NCBI RefSeq assembly: GCF_000143415.4
Contig: NW_003314262.1
Coordinates: 5,676,304-5,740,303 of the forward strand
Length of the DNA stretch: 64,000 nucleotides
Direction: 5' to 3'
From: Selaginella moellendorffii
Taxonomy: Eukaryota; Plantae; Lycopodiophyta
The notes beneath the pieces were generated by a model. That model was not told where the DNA came from and did no database searches. It worked only from the letters and a program-made list of their open reading frames with translations. This document shows positions 1 to 12,849 of the stretch, piece by piece. Position 1 is the stretch's first letter. Every line of letters begins with the position of its first letter. A program made the translations under genes and the position numbers.

Positions 1-507
1 AGCGGAGTACAAAGTGGATGATTTGGTGTTAGTCCGTTTTCCCCATCTTACGGTACGTGGTTTATCTAAGGGGCTCCTTGCGCAGTGGAAAGGACCGTAT
101 CGGGTGTTGCGGCAAGTTGGACCACAAGTTTATGAGGTTCGGCATGACGTTCAGCAGGCTGATCCTCCGGAGATTGTGCATGTGCAGCGGTTAAAACGCT
201 TCATACAGAGGGATCAGGAGCAGTTAATACCGTCTACAGATCCACCGATGCCTCCTCCTGACGTTCCTCCAGATCCCGGCCCATCTACAAGCGAACCCTG
301 ACAACCTTCCATTATTCCGAGAGGAGGGGATGATGTGAGGGCCAAGTGTACGGCTACGATGCCGTATACTAATATTAGCGTAGTGGATTTTGGTAGCCGT
401 CGGATTGGTTTCAATCTGGACCACTCGCTCCTGTATATAAGCTAGGGTTTTTGGGTTAATTGGGATGCACATTTCTGTAGTCCCTTTCCATATTCCATGC
501 ACTCACA
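1..507 (+). mobile_element. 3' end of a Ty3/Gypsy LTR retrotransposon: integrase C-terminal SH3-like region, PPT and a 174-bp 3' LTR
   Basis: ORF 14-301 has WKGPYRVLRQVGPQVYEV..VHVQRLK, typical of the Gypsy integrase C-terminus. A polypurine tract GAGGAGGGGA (321-330) precedes an LTR bounded by inverted TGTGAG (334-339) and CTCACA (502-507). Confidence 0.85.
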
Positions 508-1153
508 GTTATTATTTATATAGTGATATTTATTGTTTAATACAAAGCTTCCAACATTGGTAAGTGTATAAATTTATCATCACTAAAATACATAATCTGT
601 GTATATAATCAAATTCCTTTTTAAACAATCCATATTTTTAAATGCATATATCATAATTAAAGTTTTAATTAGTATGAGTGGAGATTGATAAAGAATCAAA
701 TAAATACTAATTTTTTTACAAATATCATAATATAATTCCTAACAATAATACTTGAATAGAAAGTCAGCATAATATTTCAAATTATTTCTATAATATGATA
801 ATAGTTTTTTTTTAAATTTAAAAGTTTTAAATAGCTATATATTTGATTTAGTTATTAGCATGAAGACAATTTTCCAGCTGGATATAACTATTTTAATTTA
901 TCAGTAAAATGTTTTTTTAATAAAAAAGAAATATTTAAATCATTTTCTCTTATTTATTTTAAATACTAGACTATTGTTATGTTTTTCTGAGTAAAAATAT
1001 TAAAATATATATATTAAAAATATTATAGAAAGTTTAAATATATTAAAAGCTCTTAGAGTAGTGTATATATTGTATAATATGTATTCAACTATTTAGGAAT
1101 ATAAAAAGGCTGTCAACATATTTTCATCAAAATTTATAATAGCTACATAAGAA

Positions 1154-2023
1154 ATGATGAATTTAATCAAATTGAATTTATGTATTTTATTATTTTGCAT
1201 ACTTGTAGCCAGATCAGTATCCCCTTTATATAGACCCAAATTTGGAAAGCTTAATTTCTTAAGTCCAAATGATATTGCAAAAATACTAGGTGCATTTACT
1301 AATTTAATCAGCAAAATAAGTAGAGATGATCCATATGTAGCTAATTATGGGGATGGAGAGATTATTGAAGTTTCAAAAGGATTAATTAGTCTTAAGTTTA
1401 AAAGAAAGGATCAATGCTCCATAGAGAGTACTTCAAATAATGTTTTTGGAAGAGCTTTAATTGCAGGATTTCAGAATCTTATAAATCAAAATCGTAATAA
1501 TATATTAGAACATAATTCAGATTACTTTCAAAATGAAAGCATTAATTATTTTATAGAATATAAATTAGTACAAGAATGGGAAGAATGGTTTCTAATAAAC
1601 CAATTGAATAAGCTTGATGATTCTTATTATTGCCATTTATTATCAAGTACACTTATTAATCCCTCAATACTTTATGAAGGTCAATTTTTAACTTCTCCTA
1701 ATAAAAAAAATGTTTTACTAATAGAATCTAACTGTAAGATAGTTCTATATTCATCATTAAAAAAAATTTGGGAAGCTAAAACATCTATAAAGGATGCTAT
1801 AAATTGTAAACTTATGTTACAAAATGATGGAAATTTAGTTTTTTATTTTCAAAAGGTAGTAGTATGGGCTAGTAATAAATATTGTTTACATCAACCATTA
1901 TGTATGTTATCTGTACTTTTAACAGTTCAAAATGATTGTAACTTAGTAATTTATTTAACTCAATTTCCTAATAATGTTTTATGGACATCAAATACATTTA
2001 ACCATCCTTCATGTACAAAATAA
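1154..2023 (+). CDS. Secreted protein with an unknown N-terminal domain and a C-terminal bulb-type (GNA/B-lectin) mannose-binding domain
   Basis: Intronless 289-aa ORF with a hydrophobic signal peptide. QxDxNxVxY motifs QNDGNLVFY and QNDCNLVIY are intact and a third (ESNCKIVLY) is degenerate; VVWAS and VLWTSNT lectin signatures are present. Confidence 0.8.
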   Translation: MMNLIKLNLCILLFCILVARSVSPLYRPKFGKLNFLSPNDIAKILGAFTNLISKISRDDPYVANYGDGEIIEVSKGLISLKFKRKDQCSIESTSNNVFGRALIAGFQNLINQNRNNILEHNSDYFQNESINYFIEYKLVQEWEEWFLINQLNKLDDSYYCHLLSSTLINPSILYEGQFLTSPNKKNVLLIESNCKIVLYSSLKKIWEAKTSIKDAINCKLMLQNDGNLVFYFQKVVVWASNKYCLHQPLCMLSVLLTVQNDCNLVIYLTQFPNNVLWTSNTFNHPSCTK

Positions 2024-2328
2024 GATTAAGGTAAATTATTTTATTTTATTTTTGAATACAATTTGAGTGTTAATTATTAATTTAGTAAAGTGTTTCTTAA
2101 ACTGTAGAAGAATGAAAGTCTAAGATATTTTGAACCCTTGGAAGCTTAAAATTGTTGATGCAAAAGTAAAAGTGCTGTTTTTCCTTCTAGAAGAAAAAGG
2201 AATATATCTATTGGAGTCACTATGGCTACTTTCTAAGCACTTGGATCTCAAAACTTTTATGTCATCAATTCAAGTATTATATTACCTAATAAAGTCAATG
2301 CATGTTGTGGGATGTAAACCAGCACCAT

Positions 2329-2854
2329 CATAGTTACGAACACGAACACGGAACACGAACACGAGCCTCAGATTTCAGGAACCCGAACACGGAACACGAT
2401 CACGGCCACGATGGCTCACGAATATTCTACTGAATATTCTAAGAATATGTTATTTAAAAATTATATTCTATTTCTTATTATATTATTATAGGAATATGCT
2501 ATATTTTATCACATAAACTACTTCACACTTTTAAACTACTCAAATATCCTGCATCTCATCGTCATCTTCAACCTCATGATCTTCGACCTCACGATCTTCG
2601 ACATCATCTCCATCTTCCTCTTGTTTGCCTTGGATTGCTGCTGCTGTGCCCTGAAATGGTGCGCCCTGGCTGGATTGTCGTGTGATGCCGTGCGCCCTAA
2701 AACCAGAATATTCCGCACGAGAATATTCTGAACAGTGGTCCGTGTTGGTAACACGGACCACTGTTCACGAACACGGCCGTGGGAACACGACCCATGGCCG
2801 TGTTCGTGAAACACGGTGAACACGGCCGGGATCCCGGCCGTGTTCGTAACACTG
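2329..2854. mobile_element. Non-autonomous hAT-superfamily DNA transposon (526 bp)
   Basis: Imperfect 16-bp TIRs CATAGTTACGAACACG / CGTGTTCGTAACACTG, a perfect 8-bp TSD AGCACCAT (2321-2328 and 2855-2862), and subterminal AACACG(G) repeats at both ends. Confidence 0.9.
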
Positions 2855-3138
2855 AGCACCATAGCTATCACCATCTTAGGTCTACAGAGTCGAACTATAA
2901 TGAAATCCATGCCTAGTGGTGGCACTCAATTGCTCCCATGGAAGAATTTCTTTCAGTAAAACTGTAATAAAGACTTTAATTATATTGATAAGCTTTGAAG
3001 CACAAGGACAAAGTTTTTAAAAGAATAAATAAGTGCACACACATCTCATGCAGATAAATTTGGCTAGTAAATCTGATGGGCATTCTTTTGGGTTGTAATC
3101 AAGTAAGTCAACAATGCAACCTGATCTAGATGACAACA

Positions 3139-3190
3139 TTTTGTCAACCCCTTCCATATCAAAGCTATGATATGGAAGGGGTTGACAAAA
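3139..3190. repeat. Perfect 23-bp inverted repeat with a 6-nt loop
   Basis: TTTTGTCAACCCCTTCCATATCA-aagcta-TGATATGGAAGGGGTTGACAAAA. Confidence 0.9.
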
Positions 3191-3780
3191 GTGCTGTTAA
3201 AGCTCTAGATGCTTGACTTACCCATGTTGATTCTCTTTTTGGTTTTTGGAAATGTTTACAAGATGCTTGTATCAAGGCTGAATGCATCTCAAGGAATTGG
3301 ATCCGGGCTCCAACAAGCCTTTCACACGGAGAAATCAAAAGTCGTTCAAAATGTAAGCTTCAATTTTCTTTTGAGTTTCGGATGAGTCAATGTATGAAGT
3401 TTTAGGTTTATGAGTAAATATTAAGGCATTATATCACTTGTTCACAACTTGTAGAAGCTCTAGATCCTTGAGGCTATCCACAACACTGGGCTATGGAGAA
3501 AATATTTAGATAGTTTTCAGAATGTATATCTTATTTTTGTTGAGGTTCCCCTGGTTTTATGGTTTTAGGATGAATGATCAATGTCTGGAATTATCGAAAT
3601 TGCGTAAAGTGATTTTCCCAATATGATTCATAAATATTGTAAAAGATTATAATCTGCTCAATCCATGTTTATTGACACATATTAATACTCCCAAGATAAT
3701 GCCTCCAAGATGAAAGTTTGTGCTTGACTGACCAATGCACGTTCATTAAAGAAGTTAGGTCTGTAATTACATCTAAGATA

Positions 3781-4660
3781 TCATTCATGTTTTCCCTCCA
3801 GTGCTGTGAAAATGTCCGTCCTGGTGACCATGCCTGCACAATAGACAAAGACGGTAAGAAGTTTCAAGCTAAACTACTACTCACCAATGACTGCGTTGGA
3901 ATCGTTTACTATAGGGATCCTATGGATCTTCTTCTTAAGCATGATAACAGCAGCATCTTAGAAAAAAAAGAAAAAGAACTTCAATAAAAAGAAAAAAAAA
4001 TTCAATGAAGCTTTTGATTCACCTGAAACAGTTTTGTCGGCAGATAATGTGATTGCTGGTGAGCTCATCACCTCAGAGACTGGCGATTTCAGCTGGAAAG
4101 ATGCACACATTTCTTAGATGAGACTGTTTGAGAGTTTTTATATTACCCCGTTGGTGGCCTTGTCTCGGTCCTTTCTAGACACCACTCCAATACACTTGCG
4201 CTCCTCGTCCAGCACAGGAACTCCAGAAACCTCGTCAAAGCAGTGCTCGATCGCCTCGAGAAGATCGTCCTGCGCCGCCGAGAAGCGAAGCCCGGACATC
4301 ACATCCGCGAGGAGAGTTGATGGTTGAGCCTGGAACAAGATCAAACTCCATCAACTCCAAAGCTCCAACAAAGCTCTCTGCAAATTATACCTCGGCCTTG
4401 AAGAGCGTGGGCGCGAAGTGGAGCGAGAGATCCTCAAAGTTGAGCATGGAGAAATTCTCGGGCCACTCACCCGACGGCAGAATCTCGACATAGTCTACTC
4501 CCACCTTCTCGGTCTTGACAGCTCGAATCCCCCCTCCCCGGACCTTGGAAACTCGCGGAGATCTAGCCGCTAGAACCGGGACCCCCAAGAAAGCGGAGCT
4601 CCCACGCGCTGGATCCCTCAGCAGCAAGCCACTCCCGCAAATCCCTCTCAAAACTGCCAT
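3781..4660 (-). CDS. CBS-domain-pair protein, probably plastid-targeted (5 exons)
   Basis: Transit-like N-terminus. Spliced exons give LLADVMS..VSGVPVLDEERKCIGVVSRKD / VSEVMSSPAITL / DAAVIMLKKKIHRIPIVN / GMVTRTDIF, i.e. two CBS motifs, with GT-AG introns. Confidence 0.85.
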
Positions 4661-4981
4661 GCGATCCAGTTTGCTTCTTAGAAAAAATTAGTGTTTGTTG
4701 CCCCTTCCTGGCATGGATAGTCTCTTCCCACCCAATGCCCGCGTGCCATGTGGACCCGCCAAGCGATTTTTCTTTGATTCGACCCCACAAGCCAAGGATA
4801 AGAAGAGCGTACAGTGTCATTCTCTTGTCATGTGGAGGCTAGGTGTAGTGTTAAAAGAAACTGTGTGTAGTATTAAAAGAATATATTTGGGCGCAAACCA
4901 TGGAACTCCTAACCATTGAATTTCTATTCTCTATTTGATCGTGTCCTGTTATTATGCACACAAGCCACATAGGTTTTTTTT

Positions 4982-6665
4982 CTAGCGCTTGGGTTCGATC
5001 CCCTGAGAGGCCGCCTTGGCGGCGGTCTTGAGCACAGACGTTGGCTTCATCACGCTCTTGGGATTGATGGCGTTGCGCAGCTTGGAAATGGTCCATGCCG
5101 TGGAGACTAAATGGCCGGCGGTGGCCAGGCCTTCGTGCGCAAACTCGCCAGCCTTGTCTCCAAATCTGCGAGGAAGATGTTCGTCATTTTCCAGGCCCAA
5201 CTTGAAAATGCATCCTTATTTCACGAAGAGAGGAAACATACCTGTGAGAGATTGCCCCGGTTGTCACCACAGAGCTTGTGTTAAGAACGTTTGTTCCAGC
5301 GACCTCAACAGCGTCGAAGATTTTTCCTGCGAAGCAGAAGGAACATCCAGTTAGACGAAGTACATCAGTGTCAACTAAGCACGTACCGAAACCGTCCAAA
5401 GACGCGAGAGCAATCTCGCCGGGTAACATCTTGAAGAATTTCTTCCCCGCCCTCGAGTTTACAATCGAGGTTGTAAAGAATCCAGTCACTGACACGACAC
5501 CCGTGAGGACTCCCTTCGCTACTTTCTCCGACATCTTAGTCACCCTCTTGGCTCTGATGGATCATCAAAGAAACGTTAGCTTTTCTAAAGAACAAAACCT
5601 TGGAAAGAAAAAACACGAGACATACCTGCGAATGTTCCTCATTGTCCGCGGGCTCACCTCAGATGGCTTGCCGCAGGCTCCTGAAACACGCCTTACAAGC
5701 CGTCCAGTCCTCTCCAAATTCGCGACTGTCGTCTCACTGCACCAGAAAATCCCCCTGATTATGTGCCCGGTTCCGCCGGCAATCGCTCGAGCCAGGCTGC
5801 TGTTATAGTCGTCTACGTTGGGAGCAATGGTCGTCCAGTAAGCTGTAGAAACCTCGTCGGATGGCTTCTTCTCGGTGATAGCGTCCGTTGGAACCGGCTT
5901 GCCAGGGAGGTCCGAGCTCACCACCTCTCGCGAAGACGCCTCAGGTACCTTGCCTCCATCCACCTTCTTTACATCTTCCTCCGAGCCCTGGAGCATGGTT
6001 GGAGCGGAGAAATAGCTGTACTGTTCCAAGATCTTGTCAAGCTCTCTGAGAAGCTCCTTGTTGCCGTCAACTTGGAACGTAACTCCATAGTTGAGAGTCT
6101 CAGTTGCCTTCGAATCCTTGGGCGGCTTCTCGTCGTCGTCGGCTTCCACACGCAGCGAGAACACGTAGTGCGATGGATCGAGCTTTGTAGCAGGCAAGTC
6201 GTTCACAACGGGCCACTGGAGTTCATCACCGACTCTGGCGAACAGCGCCACGTCTGTACCGTTTTGCAGCAGCTTCACCAGGACGAACTCGCCAGATGCC
6301 AGAATAACACTTTCCTGCTCGTCGATGAGATGCGCCAGACACCCCGGGATCTTTACCAGCACTTCCTCAGATGCTTCCACCACAGGAGGCTCTTTGGCAT
6401 CACTAGTCTCTGCACCCTTGGAAGAAGGAGGCTGATATATATCTGGATAGAGCTTCGAAGTCGCTCCCGCAACTTTGTCTAAGTTCTCGTCACGCGTTGG
6501 AGACCTCACCTTCAGACCCGTTGTCGGATCATACTGAGCGACCTCGTCTTTTGCTGATGACGGGATACCGTTCACTTCTCTTGTAACACCCTCCGGTGGT
6601 GCCGGAGAAGGCAGACTGTTAGAGCGCTCGAAAGCGGCGATGCTATCACTCTTCTGACCTCCCAT
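4982..6665 (-). CDS. Senescence/dehydration-associated protein (ERD7/spartin-like), 4 exons
   Basis: EEVLVKIPGCLAHLID, YWTTIAPNVDDYNSSLARAIAGGTGHIIRGI, TKMSEKVAKGVLTG, KMLPGEIALASLDGF and the C-terminal WTISKLRNAINPKS match the family. Confidence 0.9.
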
Positions 6666-7345
6666 CCATTTATCCGATCCAATAATGAACGACGAACGCC
6701 CTTTGAACCACTGCATTCTTGTGTACCTAGCTGGAATTCTCACCGACTCAACAGTAGCAGCTCCCGAAAGCTCTAGCCCTGGAACACAAGAACGACTTGT
6801 TAGAACCCTTTCGAGAAACAAGTCCAGAGAACCCATTCGCCCATCATAGCAAGGACACGGATTCTCAAACCCACCAGCAAGAAATAGGAATCCACACGGA
6901 TCATGAGAGACATACCTGAATTTTACCTCCCGCGAAGAAAACCCGCTAACAGACCAAATTGATCCAACTGCGCCTCGCTTTATACTTGCCCTTTCGTGGC
7001 AAACTCACAGTCGTCCAGCTGGGAATCCCATCGGACGCGATTGACACCGCGTTATAGCCGTGTGGCAGTTTGCTGTAGTGCCACGTTTATAATACGGATA
7101 CTTAATGAAAATTCCCATAGTTTTCTCTTGCGCTGGAGATAAGCAAAAATTTGTTAAAACCTTTAGCGTAACTCTTACCGGCACTATCAACAAAAATGGA
7201 GGGCCATTTGGAGATCCCTGCACTACTTACAACCTCATTTACTTATATCTCAGTCAAGTCTAGCTATTGGGACGATCACCTACATTGAGAAAATGAGAAA
7301 CGATTGAAGAGCTTTGGAAAGTGATTTTACCTTCAGTGACGCTCG

Positions 7346-9017
7346 TTACGATATTTTGGTGATTCTAAGCTTTGCCTTGAGATCCGCCACCTCTTGTTCT
7401 TGTTGCTGCGCATTGTTTTTCACATAAATATCGGCGAAAAAACAAAAATCTACTACGGGCGTTACCTTCCTCAATGTTTGTATCTGCAACTTGTGCTCTT
7501 CATCCATGAGGCGCCACTCGAGTGCCATCTCGTATTCGATGGTGTTCGGCTGGGAACAGTGTGCTGTGGAGACTGCCTCTTTCTGCAAAACGCGATTAAG
7601 TGCCTGGTTTACTTGAGGAGTTAAAAGAAGGCTTACAAATTTTTCCGTCTGCACCCGCCAGTACTTCTCAACAGGAAGATGTCCAGGAAACTTTTTTGCT
7701 CTTGGTCGTTCCACCGCAGTTGCAATACAAGGCCTGCATACACAACACAAAGTAGATTCAAAGCGTGAAAGCAAGAAAGAGAACAATATACCCCTCCTCT
7801 TCTGATAAGATCACACAATTTTCCTGGATAGTCTTCAAAACGCGGTTGCCTTTGTCGGCATCTCGGAAGGCTAGCACCGCTTCTCCTGGTCGAATCACCG
7901 GTTGCATCAGTAGTAGTAAGCTATTTGCGGATCGCTTACCTCTTTTTGATTCGAACTTGCAACACTTTGGCGGAACAACAGCAACTTCCACATCCGCTCG
8001 AATGTCTTTGAAAAGGAACACCAAGGCTTCCTGCATAGAACTTCAGCAAGAAGACATCCGTGATTTCTGAGAGTACCTTCAGCTCTTCAGAGGTGTAACC
8101 AGTGCCAAATCCCATCAGCATGATGACATTGCCTTTGTCGAATGCTTCGTCCAGCTTATCGTTCCATCCCAGCTTCTTAAACGCGTTCTTGAGCGCCGGA
8201 CGCTTCTCCTTCTCTGGTCGTGTTTCCTGCGTTGAAACCGGCACAGGCTTCTGCTGCAAGGTCAATGAGAAAGCAAAACTTGAAAATCACCTGTGGAGCG
8301 GCTTCGTGGGTCACAACCAGTTTTTTCTTCACTGGACGTTCCAGACGATCATCCGCCGGCCTCCGTGGGCATTTCTTCACAGCTGCGTTGTAAGAAACAC
8401 CGTTCAACACAAAGCAGCTTTAAACTATAAACAACATACATAAACTCTTTGTCTATCCGACTCACCTCCAATTCGCTCTAGCGCTTCTCTGAGATTGCAA
8501 TGAACTTCTCCGAGAAGGAAATCGTAGCACCTCGAGACGTAGTAGCGAGCTCCACTAATTTCCTCCTTCGTGGGCGCCCAGTTCGCAACTCCTTCTGGGC
8601 AGTACAAGACTTTAACCGCACACTTTTCCTCCACGACATTCTGGGTGGCAGGACAAGAATCGTGAACGGCGAAGCAAAAAAAACTAATGTTTTCATACAT
8701 ACCAGATCGTTGGAGTCCTCGGCGCCATTCCCACTGCCGAGCGCCAGGAAGAGCTCCTGGTCGCCGGCATCCACCTCAATGTCGAGATCTTCGCGCCGAT
8801 AGAGCCACCGAACGACCACATTTCCCTTCTTCGTGATGCGATTCTCCCACAGCCGCACGACGAGGCCCACAAACGGGAGCTCCGGGTCACGGGACCTGAG
8901 ATGGATGAAATCGTAGAGGCAAATCTCCTGCCTGTCCAGAAGAACGGACTCGTACTCCCGCTCGAGCTCCCCGGAATCCTCCCTCTTGCTCATGCTCTTC
9001 CCCCATACAATCTGCAT
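7346..9017 (-). CDS. ASI1: ANTI-SILENCING 1 (ASI1/IBM2)-like BAH + RRM protein, multi-exon
   Basis: N-terminal BAH domain (LYDFIHL..PFVGLVVRLWE..VRWLYR..QELFLALGSGNG), an RRM-like middle region, and the ASI1 C-terminal motif FPGHL..AVSTAHCSQPNTIEYEMALEW. Exon ends are approximate. Confidence 0.85.
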
Positions 9018-9409
9018 CGGGCCGCGATCGAGGGAAGCGGTCCGGCCGATCAGGGCAAATATCGCGACCGCGCAGCCATTGTTGAGAGGAGGCAAGAAAG
9101 AAACGAGAAAGAAAGAAAGCTCGGCGCTTGCGTGATCGTGAAGCTCACCGATCGGGCGCCGCGATCAGCCGACGAGTCGCGGCAATGCAGGAAAGGAATC
9201 GCCCGGGCGACGCGATCGCCGACCTAGGCGTGGCGGCAACGAAATAAGGACGATCAGGGCAAAAGAATCGCGAGCGTGGGAGGAGAAAAGAGCGAGTCAC
9301 ATTTGTTTGCCGCGATACTTAAAAGGCGGTCGCCCTAGGGAGAACTAGATAAGCTAACAACGCATTAGAATTAGTTCTATCTACAGATAAACTTCTCGCA
9401 TTTTCTTCG

Positions 9410-10786
9410 CTAGTCAAACAAAAAGAAGAACTTACCGCGAGTGGTAAAATGGATCGAGCTTCCTTCCCTTGCTTCTTCAATCCATGCGCGCCGGGCTTTG
9501 CTCCAAGTTTCCTCCGGGAACTTCGACACGATCAAGCGAAGATGGTGTCCAAGCCAGCGCCGGAAAGGAGCACACTCGCGATCGTGCCAGTAGCTCGAAT
9601 CAGGCAGTGGAATCTCGTTGATCACATCCCTGCGCATGAAAGCACCCATGAGCGAGACGATCAGATGACAATGTCAATACCTGAAGTACTCGAGAGCATG
9701 AAACCTGGATGGTCTATAGACGTCGCTAGACTGTAATGTCCATCGACACAAGCCGGCGTTCCAGACCAAACACCGACGAACGTCAACTCCGTGAACTCCG
9801 GAAGAAACTGCGCGCCAGGAAGAAAATCGGTCTCTAGTGCAAGAAATAAGAACTGCGAAACTTACTAGCGGGATCCAGGCAGCGAAGACAGTGAAGTTGC
9901 AATCATTATCATGGTGTTGTTGGAGGCCACGACCCTGCCGACGCTGCAGATGAAATCACTGTCACTGAAATCCCGAAAGCCGCCACGATCTTCTTCGCAT
10001 AGTTCTGGTTCTTCTCGTCACGCCAATACGCAAATCCATGGCTGGTTCGCAGCGCAGACCCGGTCACGTCTTCCAAGGCTGCTTTCTCTCGCACTTCACG
10101 GCTGATCTCCTCCTCGAAAACATACTCGTAAGCCACGAGCACATCTTTGTAGCGTTTCTCTGCCTCTTCGGGATCCGCATCACTCCTGTCAAGAGCCGAC
10201 TTTAGCGACGATACAACTGCAAGACAAAACAATCACGAATCAAGAACAAAGAAAGGAAACACACGTACCAGGATAGGAGATCATCGCACAAACTGGATTG
10301 TTTCCAAGAACTCCAAGCTTGCTCTCGACTGCAATTCCGGGAACTCTTGCAAGAGCTTTTCTTCTGGAGGATCCGAAAGCCGGCACCTAGAATCCGTGCT
10401 TGAGAAGTGCCTCCTCGAGAGGCGATCCAGAAATGGGATCCATAGAAACATCCTCGACCGGAACATCTCCTCTCTGTTTCGAGCGCTGGCAGCCATAGTG
10501 CCGGGAACAATCTTTCCTGTGGAACTCCAGCCTTCCATCCTGAAAGTACTCCCGGCGGCTCTGGAAGCTCTCTCGGAGTAGCGTACAAAGCTGCCCCCCG
10601 GGACTATCTCCGCCAGAGGATCTTCAGTCGATCCTCGTCACGCAGATCGAGGACGAGTTCAATGATCCGGAACATCGGCTCTAATCGGATGAATCGCGAT
10701 CAGAAACGTACCTTGGCTCCTTCTTTTCCAGTGAACAGAAACGCTGGAGCTGACGTTTACCCAATCTTCCTCAAAGCCCTCGCCAT
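9410..10786 (-). pseudogene. Degenerate multi-exon gene of unknown family
   Basis: Coding-like segments with splice sites in shifting frames. The ATG at 10786 meets TAA after 9 codons unless frameshifted. No recognisable domain. Confidence 0.35.
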
Positions 10787-10918
10787 AGCCTAAGAGCCCT
10801 AAATAAAATTTAAAGGGAAAGCGTGGGAAATGTAAAGGTAAAAGAAAAGGGCCTAGTTGGTATTAGGGCCACGTAAGCAGCCGCAGTCGTGGCAGGATTT
10901 TGAGCGTCGGATCAAACA

Positions 10919-12618
10919 CTAGCGATGGATCGAAAAGCTCTTGGAAATGTAGCGACATGGTTGCTGGCCGCCTCCTCGCGGTGGCTGCCTTCTTCGCCGC
11001 ACAGCCTTGTTCATAAACACGGCAGCCGCGACCTTGGAACCTATAGAACTAGAACCATGGCCGAGCACCACCGCCCAGCCTAGAAGAAATACACTTTGCA
11101 TCAGGAAACTCACTGGTTTGTGACGATCGCTGCGATTCTGGCTTGCTCGATCTAAGCTGCCGCCACCATAGCTTTGGCTATGCGAGCGTGAGCTAGCGGA
11201 GAAGTCCTTTCTTTGGAGCTCCAAAGGTATCTGTGAAAACCACGAATCAAGCAATGGAAGATACACACTGCGTCTCATACCTCGTTGCAAAGAGTCACCG
11301 CGTCGGGCTTTGCTTTGCGCCTTTTGTCCAAGCCGGAGCTCTTGTATGCTCGTAAGTTGTGTTCCATCTTGTTGACGTAGCTCCAGATGCCGCGAGAGAA
11401 GGCCATCTTTGCCATCTCTTTCCCGACGCCAATGTCTTCCCTGTGAAGCATTTTCACCTCGCAAGCATTGCTGCCAGGAACTAGAGAAAAGGCATACCAT
11501 AAAACGTGAGAAATCTGGAGAGCCAGAGTACTCTAACCTGCTTGAATTCTCCAGCCCGATAGGTACTCTTTGACCCGCTTAAATTCCTGTCGCCTTGGAG
11601 CAGCAGGATGTTCGCAAGCCTGAGAGAAAAGCTCATAGATACAAAAACAAAAACCCAACCGGAGAGGATACCTTGATGACACAGAAGTATGTGTTTTCCG
11701 CAGCTTTCCAAAGCCTCCACGCGAGAACGTATTCTCTCGCCATCATCAGCGGAAACTTTTTCACAGTCCGGCCGACCTCCGTTCCGGATTTGAGACACAA
11801 CGTCAGCTGCTCGTGCTTCAAAACCGTGCTATCCCACTGCAAACGAAACTCGTTGTCCATGTAAAAATCGCGAAGCAACTCGGCCGTGCAATTCTCAAAG
11901 GTTGTAGTGCTGAGATACTCGGTCGGCCCTCCGTCCTGCCCACCAAAGAGAAGATGAAAGAAAATCGAAAACTTAGAACGTTGGAAGTGTCAGAGATTGA
12001 ATTGTCACCTTTGGTTCACGACGCTTTGCAAAATATGAGACACCATCGTTGCGTTTGTCAAGAACAACGCTCCAGTTACCACTGCTTTGATCGACTTCGT
12101 CTAGCTCCTCTAGGAGCTTTCGCAGCTCCGATTCCTTTATCAAGCTTTCCAACGCTGTCGCGGGACAACCGCTTGTTTCAACACTGCCAAAGAAAAGAGA
12201 AATGAAAACCACCAACGAGACAAGCGCTATAAATTTACCACGATCGCGCTTTGGATGCCCTGTCCTTCCTTCCAAAGATCCTCTTGACGCTCGCAACAAT
12301 GAATCCCAGGCACCAGTAGAGGAAGAGAATCCCTAGCGCTACCCACGTCGCAAACACCTCGTGATTCCGCTCGCCGCTCTTCACAAATCTCGACAGCACG
12401 CCCATAGCTGGCTCCGCGCGCGCGGCAATCGCATGATCAGCAGCAATGCGCCGCTGGAGCGCGATCGGGACGACGATTCACAGCGCCAGGAACCCTAAAA
12501 ACGGCCTGGATCGATCGATCGATCGCGGACGAGGAGCGCCAAACCTCACGAGGATTGTGGACTGCGGCAGCGCGCCATGGGGGGCGATGCGGTCCAGGAG
12601 CTGGATTGTGGATACCAT
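10919..12618 (-). CDS. START-domain (StAR-related lipid transfer) protein, multi-exon
   Basis: WSVVLDKRN..SYFAK, YLSTTTFENCTAELLRDFYMDNEFRLQWD, GRTVKKFPLMMAREYVLAWRLW and EMAKMAFSRGIWSYVNKM, with N- and C-terminal hydrophobic segments. The start could be 12618 or 12405. Confidence 0.85.
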
Positions 12619-12849
12619 TTACTCTGTGGGACCTAAAACGTTCCACTCGAGGACAAGGCCCCCCCAGAGCTTTGAAAAGAAATATTTCGTGGCTAACGAG
12701 CGGCTATGGCGTCTCTCTTTCTCCCTCCTCCCTCATCCACGCTGCGATTCTATCGCCATGACGCTAGCGCCAGGTCAACATCGTCCTCGCAACGATGCGC
12801 GGCCTGGAAGAAATCGTGCATCCACGCAAGGCGAGCGAGAATCCTGGCG

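Noticed and set aside
2336-2420. GAACACG repeats as a CRISPR-like array
   Set aside because: No unique spacers; they are subterminal repeats inside a TSD-flanked hAT element in a eukaryotic genome.
2863-3700. Possible degenerate gene or transposase
   Set aside because: No open frame or recognisable motif.
5763-6482. Long antisense ORFs here and over the PPR, GATA and Rho_N genes
   Set aside because: Shadows of GC-rich coding sequence on the other strand or frame, with no independent motifs.
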